Counted from the stretch's first letter, positions 10,197 to 23,274 are shown. The stretch: DNA of 64,000 nucleotides from a virus (IMGVR_UViG_3300032038_000065:6450-70449), one strand, 5' to 3'. The notes: generated by a model from the letters alone, not told the origin. Program-made: numbers and translations.

Positions 10197-12178
10197 TGTA
10201 TAATTTTCCTTATTTAAATGATACCAGCTTCTTAAGAAGATTTGATAAAACTAAATTAAAATAGCAGTTAGTTAAAATTGTCGTTTTAAACTTTTCATAG
10301 CAACCAATACAAGAGATACAGGGTAAAGTAACGGGCGGCAGCCTGTCTTTAAATGGCGACTCCGCAATGCGAAGAACTTGTAGCTTGTCAATGGTTGCAG
10401 ATGTTGAAGAAAATAATTTAACTGATACTAAATATTTACTATCTATTAATAAAAAAATTGAAGTATTAGTTGGTTTTATAAATACAACAGGATAGTATCA
10501 AGATTATCCTGTATTATGGTTCCCGCAAGGAGTTTATTTAATTATTACACCAAATATTTCTTTAAGTAACAGTGGAATTAATATTTCTTTAACTTTACAT
10601 GATAAAATGGCGCTGCTTAATGGGGAATGCGGCGGCACTCTTCCCGCATCTATGATCTTACATGAAACAGAAGACATAGACGCATAGGGGAATACAATTA
10701 TTAAACAATTAACAATTAGACAAATTATTTCTTAGTTAGTACATCATTTTGGCGGCTAGCAATTAGGGAAAATCATTATTAATGATTTAGATGACCGCGC
10801 CAGAAAGGTTATGAAATGGACTGGTGACGCCCCCATTTATCATTGGAAAAATGGATAGTCTCATTTTCTATCAACTAATTATAATGAATATAGATCATTA
10901 GGATAGCCCACTCAATATGATTATGGAAGCAATATTGGATATATTTTAACAGATTTAGTTTATCCGGGAGAATTAATAAGTAAGCCCGGAGACACAATAG
11001 TGTCTATTTTAGATCAAATTAAAAATACTTTAGGTAATTATGAGTATTTTTATGATATAAATGGAAATTTTATTTTTCAATAGATAAAAAACTATTTAAA
11101 TAAATCTTATTCAACTTTTCAAATTAATTAGATGAATAGAGATAATTATTTAGTAGATTATACAAATGGAAAATCTGTTTATACTTTTGAGGATTCTGAA
11201 ATAATAACTGCGGTAAGCAACACCCCGCAATTTCAACAAATTAAAAATGACTTTGTTGTATGGGGCAAGAGAAAAACAATAAGTGGTACCGAGGTTCCCA
11301 TTCGTTATCATTTGGCTATTGATGACAAACCAACAATAAGATAGACATATGATGGATTTTATTATGTAGACCCAGACGATGAGATAACAAAAGTCAAAGC
11401 TCCTATCAAGGTTAATACCCTGCCCACAATTGGAATGAGTGGGGAATATTATTTGTGTAATAATAAGATTTCTTATTTTGAAGATGGTTAGTGGGTTGAT
11501 ACAGATTATGTTATGACTAAAATTCAATCGACGGATTTTAGAAGTGCTTTATATCTTGATGGTATGGAAAAAGAACCTTTGGGTTTAGAAAGCAATTATT
11601 ATTATGCAGAATTAAAAAATGAATGGCCTAAATTATATGATTTGAAGAGCGGTAGCTTTTATAGTTCAGTTTTACAAACATCTGACTCTATTGATTATTT
11701 TTTAGATTTTATCGATGCGGACGCCGCGCTTGCAGAGTTTAGCGTAAAAAATATAGGACGTAGAACTATGGTTATTTCAGATGATAAAATTAATTGTATT
11801 TTTGAACCTACTATGACAGATTTGGTTATAATAGAAGAGGGAACTAGTCAAACCACAGCATTAAGAACCGAATGTGAAAATAAAAGACAATAGTATGTGC
11901 AAGTAGACTCTGGAATTTATAATATGTTAGTTTAGGGCGGGACTGTACGATCCGCATATGAGCAAATTAAAAATGAATTATATCAATATACTTCATATAA
12001 TGAACAAGTTTCATTAACAGCATTGCCTATATATTATTTATAGCCAAATATACGAATAACTATTATAAATCCACAAACTGGAATTAATGGAGACTATATG
12101 ATAAAATCACTTACTTTACCTTTTGATATAAATAGTACAATGAATATTACTTGTATTAAGGCATTACAAAGATGGTGA
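10196..12178 (+). CDS. Baseplate hub/tail protein, DUF5048-like (660 aa, many TAG)
   Basis: TAATG overlap with the previous gene; DKMALLNGECGGTLPAS and FQ*IKNYLN motifs. ORF-track fragments 11132 and 11513 are in this frame; ends TGA. Confidence 0.75.
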
Positions 12179-12200
12179 TTTTAAGAAGGGAGATAAAAGG

Positions 12201-12899
12201 ATGGCGAAGATTGGCCAATTAAGATTTGATTCTAATCTTGCGGCAGTTGGAGAAAATGGGTATGTATCGTAGTTAAGAGAAGATACTAATAGATAGTTTG
12301 TATTTAACTCAAGTTTAAATCAATACAATTGGAATTTTCTTAACAATGAAAATGATATGAATTTTAACATAGGAAATACATATCAAATAATTATTCAAAT
12401 GCCGCGAAGATAGATGCAAAATGGAGAAAATATTCCAGATATTTATGAGCTATTTATTGAAAACACTGAAAAAAATTTAACTTTAAAGATTGGGACAATA
12501 TCAATTTCTCCTAAAATAAATAACGAAGATAGTAATTATAAAAGCTATTCATTTTGCATTCAGCCAAAATATAATTTTAATAAAATATATATTCAAAGCA
12601 AATCAATAGCGCACTTAGGATTTGGGCATATTTTTGTTCAGGGGACAGATGGAAAAGCCATATGTTCAACATATACATTAAATAATATGATTAATGGGAA
12701 AAAACTTTCAAAATTAGGATTGCATAGCAACCAACAAATAAACTTTTGTGTAAATGGAGAGGCAATAACAACAGGAACAAATGGGCTTTATTAGTTTTCA
12801 CATAAACAAGTTCCTATTACTTTTGTTGGTTTTCCTATTGTTACGGGTTTTACACCGTACTTTGTTATGGATTATTAGTATTAGGAGGTGATTAATTAA
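12201..12899 (+). CDS. Baseplate-associated protein (232 aa, TAG readthrough)
   Basis: Contains fragment 12414-12794. C-terminus KLGLHS...NGEAITTGTNGLY*F resembles the 48445-48726 protein; ends TAA. Confidence 0.65.
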
Positions 12900-13366
12900 T
12901 GAATACTTTTTATGGCGGGAGGCCTGGCGCCTCTTTTAAAATAGTAAAGAAATTTGATAGCATAAATGCTATGACAACAGCTTTTAATCAAGGTGTTAAT
13001 TACACAGATGTAAAATATGGAGATTATGTTATTGTTCAAGACAATAATGAAAATTCTTTATATAGAAGAGTCTATAATGGAGCCGATTATATAGGAAGTT
13101 TAAATGTTAATATTATTACTAATGAAACAAATAATATAACTAATACTACAACAGTTTCTGCAACCAATCAAGGGGATATTGATATTGCTGATTTTATTTA
13201 GGACTGGTTAGAGCAACATTCTGGATTAACATTAGACAGTACAATTACTAGCACAGGTGAAAATCCAGTTGCAGGAAAAACAATATATAGTTTTGTTAAT
13301 AACAAAATTGGAGATATTGAAACTGCAATTGCCGCAATTAATACTATCATAGGAGGTACACCATAA
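12899..13366 (+). CDS. Tail/baseplate protein (FYGGRPG N-terminus; 155 aa, 1 TAG)
   Basis: GGAGG RBS; readthrough of TAG 13199 reaches TAA overlapping the next ATG. Confidence 0.7.
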
Positions 13367-14394
13367 TGCCAGATAAAACAATAGCAGAACATCTAACAGA
13401 CATGGCTACTAATTTAAGTGGTATTTTAGAAGATTGTAAAACTTCTTTAGGTAACAAAAATGTATCTACCGACAATAGTACGACATTAAGCGATATATCA
13501 GATAAAATTGATGAAATTACAACAGGATCTGGTTCTATTACTATTGAAGATAGTGAAGGCAATCCAGTTACTTTGTCTAGTGACACTACGGCAGATCCAT
13601 CTGAGGTAAAGCAAGGAGAAACATTTATTCAATATGATTAGACTAATAATAAATTTATACAAACAACAGGAACAATGAATATAACATAGAGAACATCAAG
13701 CAATATTACGATAACTCCTGGCTCTACAATAACTGTAAGTGGTTTGGCGGGGCAATATCAGAGCATATACAAAACAGTTTCTGCTCCTTCCGCGTCATTT
13801 TCCGATGGTGTATATAATAACCTGGCAAGCAATGGTAATGTTTATGTTAAAATACCTATATCTACGGCAGGATGGGTTAGTAGCGATCAATATGTTTGGG
13901 TGAATTTAAACGATAATCCTACCGGTTCTGGATTAAAAGCAGAAAATATTGTTTCTGGTGCAACGATTCTTGGCATTCGAGGGAATGGAGGAAGTAGCAG
14001 TAGTAGTTCTTCAACTTTGTACACCGATTCTGGGTCAATCAGTTCAGCAGCAAAGGGAGATGGCACATTTGAATGGAGACAATCTATTTCAATGCATGAT
14101 CATCCTTTTTTGGTTATTTTAAAAGACTATAATAATACTGCACCTTTAAGCTCGATTAATGGCATGATTTTTTGTTTTTCTGCTCCTCCATCTGTGATTT
14201 CATGGATTCAAGTTTATTATAAATCATCAACCATGGGTCCTTCAACATATACTACTTGGAATGCTTTTTATAATGCCTGTGGTATTACTGCCGTAAGTAT
14301 TACTAAAACACAACTTTATATTAATTCAGACCCCAATGCAGGTTCATTTTTAAATTCAGATACTGTACTTTCTTATAATATTTTTTCTTTATAA
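13366..14394 (+). CDS. Tail fibre-like protein (342 aa, 2 TAG)
   Basis: ORF-track fragments 13366 and 13744 share a frame, joined across TAG 13639 and 13687; LKAENIVSGATILGI repeat typical of fibres. Confidence 0.7.
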
Positions 14395-14397
14395 AGG

Positions 14398-14769
14398 ATG
14401 TATAATAGTTTTATGAACACAATAAATAAATTTTATGGCAGCTATCATCATAATTCAGATAGCTACGATAATCTTACTAATCTTATTGGAGAAATAAAAA
14501 CAGAACATAATATTAGTTCTAAAGCCGTTTTAACAAAAGTTAGTTTTTTATACGATTCTACTTATAATGATTTAAGTAATACCGATAATCAAATCATAAT
14601 AAGGTTTCAAAATGATGATGAAACAACTAATAGTATAGATTGGAAATGTTTAATTAATCCTGTTTTTGAGATATAGAATATTTCTTTAACTCAACTTTTT
14701 ATTGATGTCCCGAGTCAAATGAGAGACAGAGTTTTTATAACCTATACTCTTGAAGAAGTCCAATAGTAA
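14398..14769 (+). CDS. Hypothetical structural protein (123 aa, 2 TAG)
   Basis: Readthrough at 14674; ends CAA-TAG-TAA. Confidence 0.6.
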
Positions 14770-14774
14770 TTTAT

Positions 14775-14803
14775 TTGACTTAAATAAAAAATTTTTTTAT
14801 ACT
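14775..14803 (+). promoter_or_regulatory. sigmaA-type promoter
   Basis: TTGACT-17 nt-TATACT. Confidence 0.7.
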
Positions 14804-14838
14804 AATTTTGAAAAAGAAAATATATAGCACTGAAAATT

Positions 14839-14879
14839 TTGGACAGGGGTAGATATTTTTCTTTTTGTAATTTTTATAT
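14839..14879 (+). promoter_or_regulatory. Putative late promoter motif
   Basis: TTGGACAG-N25-TTTTATAT. Confidence 0.5.
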
Positions 14880-14930
14880 TATATTGTAAGGGGGAAAACT
14901 TACAATAGGAATTCAAAGGAGATTTTTAAA

Positions 14931-15248
14931 ATGGATCAAAGATTAAATCTTGGGATTCCAACTGTCAATCCTAACACTACACAGCAGCCAGCTGTTCCTA
15001 ATAATGGAAGACAATTCCAATCCCCCTATAATGGAAATCCTATGCTGCAAAACACTCCATTTGAAAATTATCTTGGAGCGTTATATCAACAGCAGCAAGT
15101 TGTTCCACAGTTTTTAAAATGCAGACCGGTCTCTTCGCGCAGTTAGGCAGATGCTTATCAAATTGATTTAGATGGTTCATTATGGGTATTCCCAAGTGTC
15201 GCTAATGGAAGAATTTATGAAAACCAAACTAATGGATTGCACAGATAA
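14931..15248 (+). CDS. Gln/Pro-rich protein with RPVSS...IDLDGS motif, apparently C-terminally truncated
   Basis: Readthrough at TAG 15144 gives ADAYQIDLDGSLWVFPSVANGRIY, then an unrelated short tail and TAA. Confidence 0.55.
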
Positions 15249-15819
15249 AGCGATGGAAGATCTTAAACATGCGGACACCAAAGAACTTGGTGAAGCTGTT
15301 GATATGATTAAAGATCTTTCAGAAGCTATTTATTATTGTACTATTACATAGTCAATGAAGGCGGTTGAACAAATAAAACCGACTGAGGTTAATTATTATA
15401 CAACCCCAGTCTATCAGAAAATGAGTCCTGAGTACTGGCCGCCCGACCCGTACCAAGACAAAAATAGAGACAGAGGGTATAGAATGTATTATCCTAACGC
15501 TGGTGGCTCTGGGAATTCTGGGGCAGGAACCGGCACTCCGGGTAATGTAAATTATTATCCCGCCGCACTCCCATCTGATTTAAAACCAGATTGGAATAAC
15601 CAAATGCGCGATCCAAGAGAAGGAAGATCTGCAGTGAGAAGGAGAATGTATATGGAAGGGAAAGAGGCTCATAACGATCCTGATTCTCAACTTAGAGAAT
15701 TAGAGGTTTATCTCCAAGAACTTTCAACTGACTTAACAGAAATGATTAAGGATGCTTCTCCGGAAGAAAGGGTAACACTGCATCAGAAAATGATGACCCT
15801 AGCTAATAAATTAGCATAA
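15217..15819 (+). CDS. Conserved phage protein (DMIKDL family; 200 aa, 1 TAG)
   Basis: KELGEAVDMIKDLSEAIYYCTIT*SM continues in frame into the ORF-track 15355 ORF. Confidence 0.7.
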
Positions 15820-16133
15820 TGTTTGTAATAAATAACATACCGTGGAAATTATCTATTGTGCCCTAGGGCTTCCCATTATTGCGGAGACCCTAGGGTGGAT
15901 ATACAATAGGGGCATGCGATAATCTGACAAGAACTGTTTATATATGCGAGGGATTATCAAAACAACAATTTAAAAAAGTTTTATGTCATTAGATTACGCA
16001 TGCCGCAATGTTTTCTTATAATATTGGTCTTTTCACAGACCAATAGGAATTGGTAGCTGATTTAATTTCTACATATGGAGATTAGATTATTTATATTACA
16101 AACAAAATATTTTCAAAATTAGAGAATATTTAA
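15819..16133 (+). CDS. Small zinc metallopeptidase-like protein, HExxH motif with Glu encoded by TAG (104 aa)
   Basis: KKVLCH*ITHAAMFSY (TAG 15990-15992); ATG overlaps the previous TAA. Missed by the ORF track. Confidence 0.8.
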
Positions 16134-16148
16134 TAAGGTTATGCGAAA

Positions 16149-16190
16149 TGGTCATTGGCGCTTTAAGGGTGCTAATGACCATTTTTTTTT
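16149..16190 (+). terminator. Rho-independent terminator
   Basis: TGGTCATTGGCGC/GTGCTAATGACCA stem plus T run. Confidence 0.75.
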
Positions 16191-16214
16191 ATGCCCTAGA
16201 AAGGAGAAAAATAA

Positions 16215-17498
16215 ATGGCTCAAAAAATTAATGCTATTAAAATTAAACAAGCTAATGGATCTTATACAGGAGAGATTCCTTTTGGAATCAATGCTGCAAA
16301 TGTTTTTTATCAAAAGCGTCCTTTAACTGGTGTTTTAGGCGATATTGACACTACAACTACATTGGCAGAGCAGTTTACCGCTCTTCAAGGGGAATGTGAA
16401 GCAATTAAGCACAGCACTGGAACGCCAATTGTTATTAAAGATATGGCAGAAAGAATAGACGAAGATAAAATTTATGTATATAATCCTGATACTCCTGATA
16501 CAGACAGTGGAAAATGGTATTATTATGATAAAGATACCTCTTCTTGGGCTGAAGGTGGACAGTATCAGTCTGCTTCTGTCACTGTCGATGCCACCCTTCA
16601 AGCACAAGACGTGCCCGCAGATGCAAAAGCAGTTGGAGATGCTATTAAGATAACAAAAAAAGAAACTATGCAAGCAATAGCAGATGAATATGATGCTACT
16701 AAAACATACTATCCTTTAGCTTATACTTTAAAAAATAATATTATATACAAAAATAAAAGCGATAGTTTAGTTACTGGAGCTTGGAATAGTGACAAATGGT
16801 AGCCCATTAACTCTTTAACCGAAGAAATAAACAATGAACATGCTGCAATTAGAGAATAGGCAAATACAATTTTAATGGCGACCTATGATGAAAATTCAAC
16901 AATTTAGTTTGTTGAGACAGAAGCAAATAAGAACTTTGCCTCTTTAGAAGTAAAAATTACTGATTCTTCAAAATTAACCGCTAGATCTGTTGCTATTACT
17001 CATACTGGTGCCAATAGTGAAAGTAATGTTATTACTATTAAGCTTCCCGCCACGGGAGATCTTACAAATAGTATAATTGATGTTGTTAACAGTACAATTA
17101 CATTAAATAATGGAACTACTGCGGCAGTAACGGTAACAAATAGTAATGGTCAATTACAACATTATCTTGGCTTAAATACTTTAACTCTTGTCCCCGCAAA
17201 TTGTGGAGTAATAATTTTTTCACACGATTTAAATATTGATGGACATTTAGCCGTTAATAATTATAAACTTGCTTCTTCTTTAATTAATGAAAATAATTTA
17301 ATGAGCGCTACTGCTTCTAAAGCCTATGCTGTAAATGATTATTTAATTATGAATAATATATTATATCGAGTAACAGCCCCTATTGCATCTGGTGAGTCTA
17401 TTGTAGAAAATACTAACGTTGTTACAACAACAGTTACAGAAGAATTAACTCGACTTGCTGAGATTTTAGATAATCTTTCTAATAATTCTAATCCGTAA
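16215..17498 (+). CDS. Tail fibre protein 1, MAQK module (427 aa, 3 TAG)
   Basis: Frame continuous across TAG to the 17301-17498 fragment; ADAKAVGDAI and KAYAVNDY fibre repeats. Confidence 0.75.
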
Positions 17499-17514
17499 TA
17501 AGGAGGGTTAATAT

Positions 17515-19542
17515 ATGGCTCAAAAAATTAGTGCAGTAAAAATTAAATATCGAAATGGCACTTATTCAAGTGAAATTCCTTTATATATAGATTCTTCTAA
17601 AGTAATATATGATAATGGATCTCCGCTTGAAAGTATTTTTGGTATTTTAAATGAAACAACAAGCGTTGCAAAACAATTAAATGATTTAACTCAATAGATT
17701 AATATAATTAAAAATAATATGTGCGCCTATGCAGTTGTTTTAAACGAATCTTAGTTCAATGATGCTGATAATCCACTTAATACAAATGTTGTTTATATTT
17801 GTAAAGACCCAAATGCTGTTACATATAGCACAAATCACTGGTATAGTTGGAATGGATCTCAGTGGCTTGATGGAGGCATTTTTGGGAATGCTTTAATTGA
17901 AACAAATAAGACTTTACGCGCGCCAGGTATTGCAGCGGATGCGGCATCCGCTGGAGATGCAATTGCTGAAATAACCCAATATACTATAAAGCAATTAGCT
18001 AAATAGTATGAGACAACTAAGACTTATAATTCTGGGGATTATGCTTTATATGAAAACAATGTAACGCATGAATTAGAATTATATCGATGCAATGATACGA
18101 CAACATCAACTTGGAACGCTAGTAAATGGGATAAAGTTACAATTTTTGATTAGTTTGTACGAGATCACAACTCCTTAAGAAGGCAAATTGCAGAAATTGT
18201 AAACGGAACAAGTGATTTTAAAGAAAGCGCAACATTTACTAGCAATACATAGAATATTATACCACTTTTACAAGTTAAAATCGATCCAGCGCGGGGACGG
18301 TCCGGAGATCCCTCGCCTGATAATGTGCAGCCAATTTCCGGCTTCACGGGGGCGCGGGTCGTGCGGTGCGGGCGGAATCTCTCCGTGCTGCGCAACGACA
18401 CCAATCAGGACGCGTGGAAGTTTACCTATTCACTCCAGGATGGTGGAAATATTACCTGTGTAAAAAACGCCGCGGAGAACCGCTTTTTCGCCAAGTATCT
18501 GTTCCCCGCCGTCAAGGGCACGGCATACCGATTCAAATTCGACAGTTTCACGCTCAACGGTGCGGACTCCCACATTCCCACATACCTGTACCGTGACGCG
18601 CTGTGGGGCGAGCAGCTTGGCTATTTCATCATTCCGTTATCCGGAGAGGCCACATGGACCGCGACGGAATCCGGCCTGATCGTTCTGGGATTGTACGCCT
18701 CCAGTCAGTGGTTTGGTGAGGGCGCTCAGCTCGCCATGAACGGCTTCCGCGTCGGCCTGGCTGCGGAGGAGGACAAAGGGTACGAGGCATCCGTCTGGGA
18801 TACCGTTGACGTCGCCTTCCCCTCCGAGGCCGGGACGGTAGGCGCTGGTACGCTGGACCTGACGGCGGGGGTATTGACGGTGACGCACCTGTTTAAACAG
18901 CTCGACGGAACGGAGACGTGGACACTTGCTGGAGAGGATGGCACCCCATATTTTTCTACGCCTTTTGGCGCTACATTGAAAAATGCAGCAAGTGGATGGT
19001 GTTCTCATTTTAAATGGGCACGGGTCCGCAAGACAACCTCAAGTATTGGCGTGGATGTGTTTAATTCAACCATCGTAGCTCGTCCCCCAGCTGACATCGC
19101 GCAAACGGTCGACGACTGGAAAGCCTGGCTTGCAGGACAAGCAAATAATAATACACCAGTGCAAGTAGTCTGTCCTTTAATTGAACCACAGACATATGTA
19201 TTAACTCCAATACAAATTATGACACTTATAGGAAACAACACAATTTTTGCGGATTGTGGACCAGTTAAAACTATATCTACTAAAATTAATATTAATACAA
19301 TTATAAAGTAGGGCAATAATGTTTTTAAATCTATTGTTTCTAATTCTGATATAAATACTATGATAGCAGATAAGAATTATAGTAAAGACAATTATTTAAT
19401 TATAAATAATATTGTTTATAAAGTGATAGCAGACTCTTTATTATAGGGAGCAGACATTATTGTTGAAGGAAATAATGCGAATGTTAGTAAAACTAATATT
19501 TGTGAGGAGTTAACATATTTATTTAACACTTTAGGAGTATAA
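17515..19542 (+). CDS. Tail fibre protein 2 with GC-rich internal module (675 aa)
   Basis: MAQK start; includes ORF 18325-19311 in frame; ends TAA 19540. Confidence 0.75.
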
Positions 19543-19545
19543 GAA

Positions 19546-21972
19546 ATGGCTCAAAAAATTAGTGCAGTAAAAATTAAATATCAAAATGGCACTTATTCAA
19601 GTTAGATACCTTTCGCACTTAAAGCAGAAAATGTGTTTTTTGATAAAGTGCCATTAAGTTCTTATTTAGAAAATTTTAAAAATAAAACTAATACTGATAT
19701 TGAAAATATCAATAATGAATTAGATTCTGCTGTTACAACAATAAATACTCACGTTGAAACAGAAATAAGAACAATACAGCAAGAAGTCGCCACTTTAAAG
19801 GGGCTTGTCGGCAGTCCATTAATAGCTAGTTCTGTTGCAGATATGACAGATAAAGAAAAAATTTATGTTTATAAAAATAATGATAGCACAGATACAAACA
19901 ATGGAAAATGGTTTTATCATGATGGAACTAATTGGATAATTGGTGGAATTTATCAATCTGATGGCTTAGATACCGACAAAACCTTACTGGGAGAAAATAT
20001 GGCTGCAGACGCAAAGGCTACCGGCGAGGCGATTGATAAGTTAAAGACACAGATAAATCTTTCTGACAATCAGCGGTTTATCAATTTTGGTAAGATTCTG
20101 AACAATACTCAGATTAAAACACGGTATCAGTACGGCAGATACAATATCAACGGATTTACAGATGTCATAACAACGACAGCGAGAAACAGTGTTGCGTATC
20201 CGGCAGGGACATATAAAGTCAGTGCATTTGCAATCTCTAATCGTCCGTGCCTTTATGGAACAGATTCAAGCGGTACATGGCTCACGGAGAATTATACTCT
20301 TTCGGAATATACGTTTACGGCAAGCGGTAAATGGTATATGAATTTCTACAATTCAGCGGGATTGTCTTCTGCCGATATTGAAAGCATAAACAATAACTTT
20401 GTAATTGTTTTGGTTTCCACTGATACAATTGAGAAAAAAGTATCAGATCTTGAAGATGCCGATGCGACTTTGCAAGCGGATATAGACGAACTTTCCGACG
20501 AAATAGGAAATATCTCAACCGAAACTCCATCGTTTAATTATAATCCCGGAAATTATGTTGGCGGTTATATTACGCCAACAGACGGAACATGGACAGACAG
20601 AGCGATTGAAGCATCTCCGTCGTACATGGGAACGAAAGAATTTGTCGAAATCCCGTCAGACTGCATTTTTGTAATTCACGGTTTCGCAGGTTCAAGCAAT
20701 ATTTCATTGAGATATGCGATCTATGACGCATCGAAAAACTATCTTGACGGCGCAAGTGTGGCAAACACAGACCTGACAGTTATGTCAAATCCGTTTACAG
20801 CGTCATATTTCAGTATTTCAAACCATCAAGCAAAATATATTAGATTCTCTGCATTGACAAGCACTTTCTCGCTTGTTAAGTTTGAGATTCAAAAGGGATT
20901 TGTACCCTCTGTCTATACAGAATACGGCGTGAGTACTCTAAGCAAAACGCAGTATTTACCGGATTCCGCAAAAAGTGAACTGTATGGTAGCAGACCAATC
21001 AACAACAAAGCCGCAACACTGACGGCGAACCAGTATTTATATCTTCCTGTTGTAAACAGTTTGAGAAAAAACAAGGTATATCACTGGTATGCGGATATTG
21101 ATAATACTTTTGAGTCGATGAAATTCGGTCACGGCGAAGGGGAGTATTCACTTTATTGGATTATTGACGGAACAAATCTTACTTTCTATACAAACGGTAC
21201 AGCGGGTACGGTAATTGCTCACGGTCTTACGTTAAGTACATATATTGACATTGTACTCAAAGTGGGGAGTACGGGAACGGGTGATATTGTCATCAATACC
21301 CTCGGCGGGCAGTATAAATACACAATATCTGTTGTAAACGGGTATAAAGGTTCTATTTTCCTTTGCTCGACAACAAACGCATTAAGCAATGCTTATGTTT
21401 CTTGTGCTTCGCCTGACTATGTTACACCAATATGGTTCTTTGGGGACAGTTATTTTACTCACACATCAGTAAAAAGATGGCCCTATCATTTGATTGATAT
21501 GGGGTTTGACAAATACGTTTTGGACGGATATCCCGGAGCTAATAGTAAAGCAATGCTCCCGCAGGTATTTGACTTCGTAAATAATTATGGATGCCCGAAA
21601 TACCTTGTATGGTGTCTGGGCATGAATGACAAAGATGATACTGCAAATCAAACACCGAACGCGGACTGGCTTGAATGCGTCAATTTGCTGTCTGATTTCT
21701 GCGAAGAGCGCGACATTGAATTGATTCTTGCAGTAATTCCGAACACCCCGGCAACAAGTACGGCTTACTGCAATTATTACAAGGATACATGGATTAAGTC
21801 CCACGATTTCAGATATATTGATTTTGCAAAAGCTGTCGGGGCAGAAACTCTTAATTCCGAATGGATACCGGGTACCCTTGACGATGTATGCCATCCTACT
21901 GAACAGGGCGCAAAACTTCTTGCATTGCAAGTACTCAAAGATTTCCCGGAAATCGAATTAGGTATTGGGTGA
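19546..21972 (+). CDS. Tail fibre/spike with C-terminal SGNH hydrolase (808 aa, single TAG at codon 20)
   Basis: MAQK module with TAG at 19603. SGNH blocks FFGDSY, GYPG, GMND and DDVCHP. Confidence 0.8.
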
Positions 21973-22057
21973 TGTAAAGAAATCTTTAAGTTACCAACCG
22001 GAAGCAAGGGGGAGGCCGATCCCTCGAATGACAATATAAGAAAATTGGAGAGTTATT

Positions 22058-23221
22058 ATGCCTGAATTCATTTTTCCCTTTAAAGGAAGAATTAACTTTT
22101 CTTCTCCTTTTGGAAACAGAATTCTAAATGGAGAAAAAAATTGGCATGCGGGAATTGACCTTGTTGGTCTTGATAATAAAACAGTTATTGCACCTTGTGA
22201 TGCAACTGTTGGTGTATCTACTCTTGTGCCAAAAGAAACAGATATGACATTAACATGGCAATGGGGTAATTATGTACGTTTAGATACTAAAAATGGTTTA
22301 AAAATTTATTTATGCCATCTTTCTCAAAGGCTCGTAAAAGCGGGAGATGTTGTAAAGGCAGGAGATCCAATAGGAATAGAAGGAAATACTGGATATTCCT
22401 TTGGGTCTCACCTCCATTTTGAAGTAAGAAAAAACGGACAATCTGTTTCCCCATGTCCATATTTAGGAATAGAAAATAAGGCGGGAGTGGTGCTGAATGT
22501 CACCTCAACCGCATAGAAGCGGTTAGACACTTATGTTAAAAATGGTTTAACATTTAGACGCTTAAAATCTTTTAGAATTGTATATCATGATGCTACAAAA
22601 GCAAATGCAAACTATTATTATTATATAAATGCGGGTTTCTTTGGTAATTTCAGGGCTTACAACAATGCAATATTTACTTTGCCCGTTGCTAATCTTGTAT
22701 GCGACCCTTGGAATATCCCAAGCTAGGGAAGAAAAGAAATTATGCCACATATTAAAAACAACAAATTATATTGGTCTTGTGCAGATAATCATTCAGATCA
22801 ATTTAAAAACAAAAAAGTGTCTACATTAATTATTCCAGCAAGCGGCGACCCTTATGTTGCAGATCTTTCAGCGCCTCCGAAAGACTGTCAATATGCTATA
22901 AGTGGTGTTCCCGCAGTAAGGAATAAAGATGATGTAGATTATTACGGATATGTAAAGAAACAAGGCTGGGATGATTCCTGCATGGGACCTGCTGCCCGCA
23001 ATTGGATAGGTATTAGAGAAGGTTAGCTCTGGATTATAAGCGGAACTACCTCTTCCCGCAATTATATATATGGTATGGAATTCTGGAAAAAAGTTAAAGA
23101 TGAAAAATTCGATGACATTTTAACTTTAGATGGCGGCGGTTCATATATTTATAGAGACGGCGCTAAAGTATCTAAAACCGCAGAGAATAGACGAATAAAT
23201 AATTTAATTATTTTTAATTGA
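22058..23221 (+). CDS. Endolysin-like: M23 peptidase plus C-terminal NAGPA/phosphodiester-glycosidase-like domain (387 aa, 3 TAG)
   Basis: HAGID, GNYV, YLCHL, GNTGYSFGSHLHFE (M23); LDGGGS in the C-terminus. TAG after TSTA, NIPS and IREG; ends TGA. Confidence 0.8.
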
Positions 23222-23274
23222 TAAGAGGAAGTTTTTTAACTTCCTCTTTATTTTTTTAGCAAAAGGAGAATAAA

